Positions 57,901-64,000 of a stretch of DNA of 64,000 bases are shown in pieces. A model generated the notes under the pieces. That model was given only the letters and a program-made list of their open reading frames with translations, had not been told where the DNA came from and ran no database searches. How positions within the stretch are numbered: position 1 is the first letter of the stretch; every line of letters starts with the position of its first letter. The position numbers and the translations under genes are program-made. The stretch comes from an uncultured Chloroflexia bacterium (GTDB lineage: Bacteria; Chloroflexota; Anaerolineae; B4-G1; SLSP01), in contig CAVVUS010000013.1 of assembly GCA_963751345.1 (NCBI GenBank), forward strand, positions 1 through 64,000. The letters run 5' to 3'.

Positions 57901-59121
57901 ACTGGCCCAGGCGCCGGGGCTCTGCCCACTATCGGTGAAAACACCGGTGCCATCATTGAGCCAGACCATGTCGGTCTGTTGATCGTTGGCAAGCACGACA
58001 TCGGCATCACCATCGCCGTCAACGTCGCCAACCGCGAGATCGCGCGTGTACCGCACCGCGAGCTGCGAATGATAGACGAAGTTACCCGATCCATCGTTCT
58101 TCCACACCTCAGTGTAGCAGGACAGATAGCCTGCGAAGACCGCATCCAGGTCACCATCGGCGTCGAGATCGGCCAGGGCAACGGCGACATTGGCCTCATT
58201 GCCCAGGTTACCGAGCGCCTGCCCACTGTTGGTGAAATGCCCGGACCCATCGTTGAGCCACACGGTGTTGGCGCTACCGTTCATAGCGACGATCAGGTCC
58301 GGATCGCCGTCGCCGTCCACGTCGCCGAGGGCGAGCCCGCCGGTGCTGCCCGATCCGAGGCTTTGGCCGCTATCGATGAAAGTCGCGCTGCCATCGTTGA
58401 ACCACACCTTGTCCGCCCCCGGACCGTAGCCCAAGACCAGGTCGAGGTCGCCGTCGGCATCGAGATCGCCCAGGGCGGCTGAACGCACGAGTCCCGTGCC
58501 AAACACCTGGGCCGTGACGACGTAGCGCCCCCCACCACCGTTCAGCCAGACCCGCGTGCCGTCGGCCATGAAGTCGCACACCACTGCGTCGAGGTCGCCG
58601 TCCGCGTCGAGGTCTCCCAGAGCGATCACCTGACGCGCCCCGTCACTCAGGACCTGCCCGTTCGTCGCAAAGAGGCCGTTCCCGAGTCCGGCCTCTGCCG
58701 TGAACTGCCAGACCGTGGGCAACACAGGGCCCTCGCCGCTGAGGTTGAGAGTACCCGTCGTCGCGCTGGCCATCACCAGCTCGCCCGGTCTGAAGGGTTC
58801 GGTCGGGGTGAAGCGCGCGGTGGCACCGCTGATGTCGTAAGCGCCCTCCCGAAGGCCGGTCTGCTGGCCATAGACCGCGAAGGTCCGGGTCGAGACCGTA
58901 GCAGGATCGAGCACCTCGTCGTAGGTGATAGCGACCGTGGTCGTGCTGGGTACCGCAACGGACTCACCCAATGGCAACACCGCCGGGTTGCCGGGGGCAG
59001 CGAGGATACGCGGCGCAGGCGCCGCACGTGTATCGTGGACAACCGCGCTTACGACGAAGATCAACCCCAACGCCAACAAGAAGGGCACAGCAAGGCTGCC
59101 CAGAGATCGCGAGGTTCGCAT
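51909..59121 (-). CDS. Giant FG-GAP/VCBS repeat surface protein (~2,400 aa) with Ig-like, CARDB and cadherin-like repeats; frameshifted
   Basis: Signal peptide after GGAGG RBS; 21 ALGD(L/V)DGDGD(L)D-type repeats in three sets of 7; VNDPP/DVLAND repeats; ends WEVFLPLLRRGE. Confidence 0.85.
53719..53790. repeat. Intragenic inverted REP doublet
   Basis: GTAGAGACGCCCCggtGGGGCGTCTTCCGG (53719-53748) and a degenerate type B ...CCGTCTCCAC (ends 53790). Confidence 0.8.
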
Positions 59122-59447
59122 CCTTCGCCTCCTGCCTTTGAGATCCAACGTAGAACAGTAGAATTGATGAAGGGCTAAGTAAAACCAGCAACGCGCCGAG
59201 TCTCGAACGGCCCGGCCCGCACCGGATCTAAGATCTGCCTGCAGGACGATAGGAAGCCGACCCTTCCCGCCACCTCCTGGATCAGCCGCCAATCTAACTA
59301 TAACACTACCATCGAATCGTCGCAATTCGTCCCGACCTGAAATGCATTCCATCTGATTGCCGGGGCGCATACCGCGTGTATCATGAGGTCAGAGTCAATG
59401 CGTGATGCAAGGAGGGATCGATGGACATAGAACCTGAAGCGGAGAAG

Positions 59448-59636
59448 ATGGCCGACCAAAGATCAAACTTCAACAACCCCGATACGTTCTCGCCCGTGAC
59501 CGTGTCCGAGATGGTCGGCACGATCGCGCTGGGTCTTCTCTCACTCATCCTGATCTTCGCCCTGCTGCGCTCCCAAGCGCGCAACCGGAAACTGCTGGAA
59601 AAGCTCGCAGCGCGGGCAGCCGTCGCCGAAGCCTAA
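59448..59636 (+). CDS. Small single-TM protein
   Basis: GGAG RBS, one hydrophobic helix, basic tail; followed by hairpin GAATAGCC...GGCTATTC (59647-59672). Confidence 0.6.
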   Translation: MADQRSNFNNPDTFSPVTVSEMVGTIALGLLSLILIFALLRSQARNRKLLEKLAARAAVAEA

Positions 59637-59685
59637 CGCAGGATCAGAATAGCCCTCCGCGAAAGGCTATTCGCCGTTCGGGGAA

Positions 59686-59786
59686 GACAGCGCGCGTCGG
59701 AACGCGACAGCGCGTCAGAACCGATGGCAGCGCGTCAGAACGTGACAGCGAATCGATCAGAATGCTGCAGCGTGTCAGAACGCTGC
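59686..59786. repeat. Degenerate 18-22 bp tandem repeat x5
   Basis: Core CAGCGCGTCAGAAC repeated. Confidence 0.75.
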
Positions 59787-59960
59787 GGTCACCGGCTGCA
59801 GCACCACCGACCTCGCTTCCACCCGGCAGAAGACGGGGCGCCGCCCCATCCCTAAGGAGATCCCTCACAGAGCACGGAGACCCACACCCCGATAGTTGCT
59901 TCATGTTGTGTGCGCGTCACAACTATTTGAGTAATCACCAAAATATTAGATCATTTACGC

Positions 59961-59989
59961 TTGACACACCTCATTTCTTATGCTATCAT
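59961..59989 (+). promoter_or_regulatory. sigma70-type promoter
   Basis: TTGACA-17 nt-TATCAT with extended TG in an AT-rich region. Confidence 0.75.
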
Positions 59990-60015
59990 TCAAATGAATC
60001 TTAGGGAGGAAGATC

Positions 60016-60399
60016 ATGCGCAAGATCCTGGAACATTGTCCTTCGTGTGGTAGTGACCTGGCGGTCACCCGGATGAGCTGCCCGACCTGTGGCACGGTCA
60101 TCACCGGGGCGTGGGCGCCCTGCCACTTCTGCCAGCTCTCGCCGGAGCACACCCGGCTGCTGGAATCCTTCGTCCGCTCCCGCGGCAACGTCAAGGAGAT
60201 GGCTCGCGAGCTCGACATCTCCTACTGGACGGTCCGCAAGCAGGTGGACGAACTCATCGAGGCGTTGGGCTACGAGCCCGCGCCTCCGACGCCCGAGGAC
60301 ACCTCGGAGCGCCAGATGGAGATCCTCGATCTGTTGGAGCGAGGCGAGATCAGCCCGGATGAGGCAGCGACCCAACTGGCCGAGCTGAGGGCCAACTAG
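60016..60399 (+). CDS. DUF2089 family protein (Zn ribbon + HTH)
   Basis: CPSCG..L.VTR.SCPTCGT, GNVKEMAREL.ISYWTVR, ILDLLERGEIS. Confidence 0.9.
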   Translation: MRKILEHCPSCGSDLAVTRMSCPTCGTVITGAWAPCHFCQLSPEHTRLLESFVRSRGNVKEMARELDISYWTVRKQVDELIEALGYEPAPPTPEDTSERQMEILDLLERGEISPDEAATQLAELRAN

Positions 60400-60473
60400 G
60401 TGTAGGGGAAGACGCGCACGCCGGAGCCGAGTGACGCACACGCGCCGTATAGTGACGAACAAAGGAGCATGAG

Positions 60474-61370
60474 ATGAGCGACCAAACGATGAAGATCCTC
60501 AAGATGCTTGAGGATGGCAAGTTGACGGTGGAGGAGGCGGATCGCCTGCTCGCCAAGATCCAGGAGATCGAGGCCAAGGAGGCCGCGGCCGAGAAGGGGC
60601 CACGGCACCAGGCACATACGGGCTTCCAGATGCCTAACTTCGACGATCCCGCCGATCCCGCCAGATTCCCGACGTCGGTCGGATCGTGGGCGACGCGATG
60701 CGCGACGCCTTTGGGAAGGGGTTCTCCTTCAACCAGGGTCCGGGCACGCCGCCCGGCCAGATGGGGTTCAAAGGCGCCCGGTTTCACGGTGCACGGCTGG
60801 AGCACACGGACTTCAGCGACGCCAAGCTGGACAAGAGCACGCGGTTTGAGGGCGCCAACCTCGCCTACGCCGATTTCAGCGACGCCGATCTCCGCGGGGC
60901 GGATCTGAGGGGCGCCGACTTCAGCTACAGCGACTTCTGCGACGCCAAGCTGCAAAATGCGGACTTGCGCGGCGCGAGGTTGAGCAAAGGCACGTACGTG
61001 GACGCCGACTTCCGCGATGCGGATCTGAAGGGCGCCGACCTGAGCATGAGCGACCTGACCGACGCCGACTTCAAAGGCGTCAAAGAGCCGGGGCTCATGC
61101 CTGCGAGGCGTGAGCATGGTCGGGCTGAAGTACTACGGCAGCCCCGATGAGGGAGCCCCCGAGCACGAAGAGGCCCCTATGCACGAGGAGGGAGAAGCCG
61201 AGGCCTGGGAAGCCCAGGTCGAGGCCGCAGGGGCTGCCGCGGAGGCCGCTGGAGCCATGGCGGAGGAGGCCGCACGCCGGGCAGAAGTGGCGGCTGAGGA
61301 AGCCAAGGATGATGACGAAGAGTGGGGCGCCGAGGGAGACGACCCCGATGGCGAGACTTCCGCGACCTAG
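60474..61370 (+). CDS. SHOCT-like N-terminus + pentapeptide repeats + acidic tail (frameshifted)
   Basis: KILKMLEDGKLTVEEADRLL; A(D/N)(L/F)xx repeats; Glu/Ala-rich C-terminus. Confidence 0.8.
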
Positions 61371-61440
61371 CGCGGCGTGGCGAGGAGACGGTCAGCCTTC
61401 AGGCCGTCTCCCCGTTCGATCTCGGAATGTGAGGCGGGCG

Positions 61441-61645
61441 ATGGATGAGTTACCGAGGTATCGGACCGAAACGCTGCTCGCGACCGATGCCTGCGCCCGG
61501 GCGCGGCTCCACGCCGCCGCAGACCGGGCACATTGTTCGGACGGGCCGCGAGCCGACCGACCTCGCCGTTGGGTCTCTGCTGGTGAAGGTTGGCAGGGCC
61601 ATGGTCCGGGCCGGCGTGAGGCTGCAAGCACAGCAGGGAGGCTGA
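61441..61645 (+). CDS. Small hypothetical protein (frameshifted)
   Basis: MDELPRYRTETLLA start joined to LAVGSLLVKVGRAMVRAGVRL amphipathic end. Confidence 0.35.
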
Positions 61646-61683
61646 CTTGCCGGCGGGCGCAGGCTGACAACGGCAGGCTGGCG

Positions 61684-62235
61684 TCAGTAGATCCGGGGGA
61701 TCAGCTTCCACGTCTTCTCCGCATAAGCGGCGTAGCCGTCGAAATTCTGCTGCAGATAGCGCTCCTCGGTCTCGATACGGGTGATCACGCCCACGAGCCC
61801 CAGCAAGACCGAGAACCACACCAGCCGCACTGCAAGGAAGGTCGGACAGGCCAGGAAGAGCAGCAAGTTGGCCAGATAGAGAGGGTGCCGGAGGGTGGCA
61901 TAGAGCCCCGTCGTGACAAGCCCGCCCGCCTTGCCCTCTTCGAGAAACATCGACAACTGGACGCCAAGGTCAAGGTGCGCCCGCACTCGCACGACAGTCG
62001 CCGCGGCAAAAAGCGCCACACCCGCGGCGAGGGAGATGGCCCCGGGGCGCGGCTCGTCGAGAAAGACGTACTCGGCGGCCGACCCGATGATCACGAGCCA
62101 GTATGGCGCGACGATCAGCCACGCCGAATCTTGCGCCGGCCTCCGTGTCACCGTGCCGGTCTTGGTCATCGCCCAGGTCTCGGAGAACCGGTAGACCAGG
62201 ACCAGGACGATGTAGGCGATGAGGGCGAAATCCAT
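61684..62235 (-). CDS. Isoprenylcysteine carboxylmethyltransferase (ICMT/PEMT) family protein
   Basis: [33 protein letters not shown]. Confidence 0.9.
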   Translation of the reverse strand: MDFALIAYIVLVLVYRFSETWAMTKTGTVTRRPAQDSAWLIVAPYWLVIIGSAAEYVFLDEPRPGAISLAAGVALFAAATVVRVRAHLDLGVQLSMFLEEGKAGGLVTTGLYATLRHPLYLANLLLFLACPTFLAVRLVWFSVLLGLVGVITRIETEERYLQQNFDGYAAYAEKTWKLIPRIY

Positions 62236-62328
62236 GCGGACCTCCGGGTGAACTGTCGGTTGGACGGTTGGCCGGCAGATTCACACGATGCCACGTCACC
62301 ACGTGGGATAACATCCGGTAATCGACAG

Positions 62329-62720
62329 CTATACGAGCTTGAGGACGATGGCGATGGATACGCCAAGAAGCAGCAGCCAAATCGCCAGGATGACCGCGCG
62401 CCGCCACCCAGTTGCGCGGCTTGCCGTTCTGCAGCGTCTCTGCCGCCCTCTCGCGGCACTCCGCCATCACCTCAGCCGGGATCATCTTCAGTGCGAGGGC
62501 AATGCCCAGGGGTACCAGGATCAGGTCATCCAGGTAGCCCAGCACAGGGATGAAGTCCGGGATGAGGTCGAGCGGGCTGAACGCATAGGCGACCACAACC
62601 GCGCCAAAGGCCTTGGCGTACCACGGCACGCGCGGATCCCGATAGGCGAGATAGAGCGCGTAGGTCTCGGCCTTGAGCGCCCGCGCCCGCTCGCGCAGCC
62701 GGGAAATGAGCAGCGTTCAC
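62329..62720 (-). CDS. YkvA / DUF1232 family membrane protein (frameshifted)
   Basis: [29 protein letters not shown]; C-terminal TM ends at TAG 62329. Confidence 0.88.
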
Positions 62721-62725
62721 GAAAA

Positions 62726-63445
62726 CTACTTCTCCCCACGATCACGTAGTTGCGCGAGACGGTCGCGAGCGGCAACACCTTCTCCAGGCGGGCGACACCT
62801 GCCGCCAGCGCCTCGTCGGAGATGAGGTGCAGACAGGAGTACGCCCGCTCGCGGAAGGCCCGTGTGTCGGTCAGCACGTAAGGATGCTCGGCTACAAAGG
62901 CATCCAGGATCTCAAATCCGGACCGCCGGTGCAGGTCCAGCAGCCGGTCCACCGAGGGGTACCGCGCCAACTCGTGCGGGACCGTCTCCGGGAAATAGCC
63001 GGAAAGGATCGCCCGCGTGCGAATGGTCTCTGCGGAGTCGGTAGCCGTCAGCAACATTCCCCCCGGGCGCAGCACACGGGACGCCTCGGCGAAGGCCGCG
63101 TCGAGATCGCCGAGATGGTGCACCACGTCGACGGAGAAGGCGAGGTCAAAGCTCCGGTCGGCGAAGGGCAGCGCTTCCGCGCACGCCAGACCCAGGCAAA
63201 GCGCGCCGCCGAGTGCACGCCCTTGTGATAGCATGCCCTCGGAGGGATCGACGCCCCACCCCATGCAGCCCGTCTCGCCCGTAAGCGCTCGCAAGTGGTT
63301 TGCCGTGCCACATCCAATCTCCAGCGCCCGGCTCCCGGCCTCCTCGAACGCCAACAGCGCCACCAGCGCGCGAAGCACCCCGCTCTGGACGCCGCGGTGG
63401 CGGCTGTAGGCGGCGGCAATGGAGGCCGAGTAATGCACTCGACAT
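62726..63445 (-). CDS. Class I SAM-dependent methyltransferase (ends approximate)
   Basis: LEIGCGT, GVDPSEGML, LPFADRSFD, RVLRPGG. Confidence 0.85.
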
Positions 63446-63514
63446 CGGTTACCTCATGGTCGGCTAGTCGGTATAACGTGCGAATGTGCCGACGCAGGCC
63501 TGCGAGCGGGTCCC

Positions 63515-64000
63515 TCATACCCGCGGCCTGAACGTGTCGGTCCGGAATATCACCTCACACGCGACCCCACCTTCGGTCTCAAAGTGGATCTCGCCGCTGA
63601 GCTGGCGCTCAGCCAGGGCAAAGATGGTCTGCAGCCCAAGAGAGGGGACGCTGCGAAAGTCAAAGTCCGAGGGGACGCCCTGCCCGTTGTCGGCCACGCG
63701 CAGCGAGACCAGGCCGTTGCCGTTCACCCGCCGCAGGCTGATGTCGACTCGGTGCTCCTCCCTCCGACTTGAACGCGTGCTTGTAGGCGTTCGAGAGCAA
63801 CTCGGTCAGGATCAGGCCGCAGGGGACGGCGGCATCGAAGAGCACCTCGATGCTCTCCGCCTCGACGTTGACGTTGACGTCGCCGGCGAACGCATGGTGG
63901 CTTGCCTCGACCAAGGGCACGAGGTCCTCGATGTAGGCCCGGAGATCGATGCTGGACAGGTTCTGCGTGCGATAGAGCTTCTCGTGCACCAGGGCCATCG
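63515..64000 (-). CDS. Sensor histidine kinase (HisKA_2 type), C-terminal part; truncated by window edge, frameshifted
   Basis: MALVHEKLY, GLILTELLSNAYKHAF, VADNGQG, SLGL. Confidence 0.88.

Noticed and set aside
51909-59121. Tc toxin B subunit or RHS toxin
   Set aside because: No SpvB domain, YD repeats or RHS core motif seen
59686-59786. CRISPR array
   Set aside because: Units are adjacent and degenerate, with no unique spacers

Overview
High-GC bacterial chromosomal segment, most likely Chloroflexota (Anaerolineae-like). This is inferred from the recurrent '(V/A)(Y/F)LP(L/V)' export/sorting motifs, the BTAD-TPR regulator, and the UroD-family and DUF362 genes. Most long genes are split across frames by 1-2 nt indels, which looks like uncorrected long-read error, so I rebuilt genes by joining frames. 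Left half: metG with a Met-rich leader peptide and attenuator, a TolB-like protein, a GH31 glycosidase, a SipW-type peptidase plus small pilin/TasA-like gene, and a five-gene operon (Cys-rich membrane protein, PEP-utilising phosphotransferase, CpaM-like methyltransferase, HgcAB-like corrinoid/ferredoxin fusion, D-aminoacylase). These are followed by lspA, hydrolases, a glycosyltransferase, regulators and small Fe-S/redox genes. Right half: hicBA and two giant exported proteins. One is ~5,100 aa with Ca-binding repeats, a hydrophobic helical bundle and 6 LamG domains. The other is ~2,400 aa with three 7-bladed FG-GAP propellers. DUF2089/pentapeptide genes and a partial histidine kinase close the window. 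Several palindromic repeat families are present, including a GTAG-type REP doublet inside a coding sequence. No rRNA, tRNA, CRISPR array or transposase was found. Best candidates for something new: the Met-codon attenuator of metG, the HgcAB-like operon, and the giant LamG protein. All family assignments are from motif recognition, not database searches.
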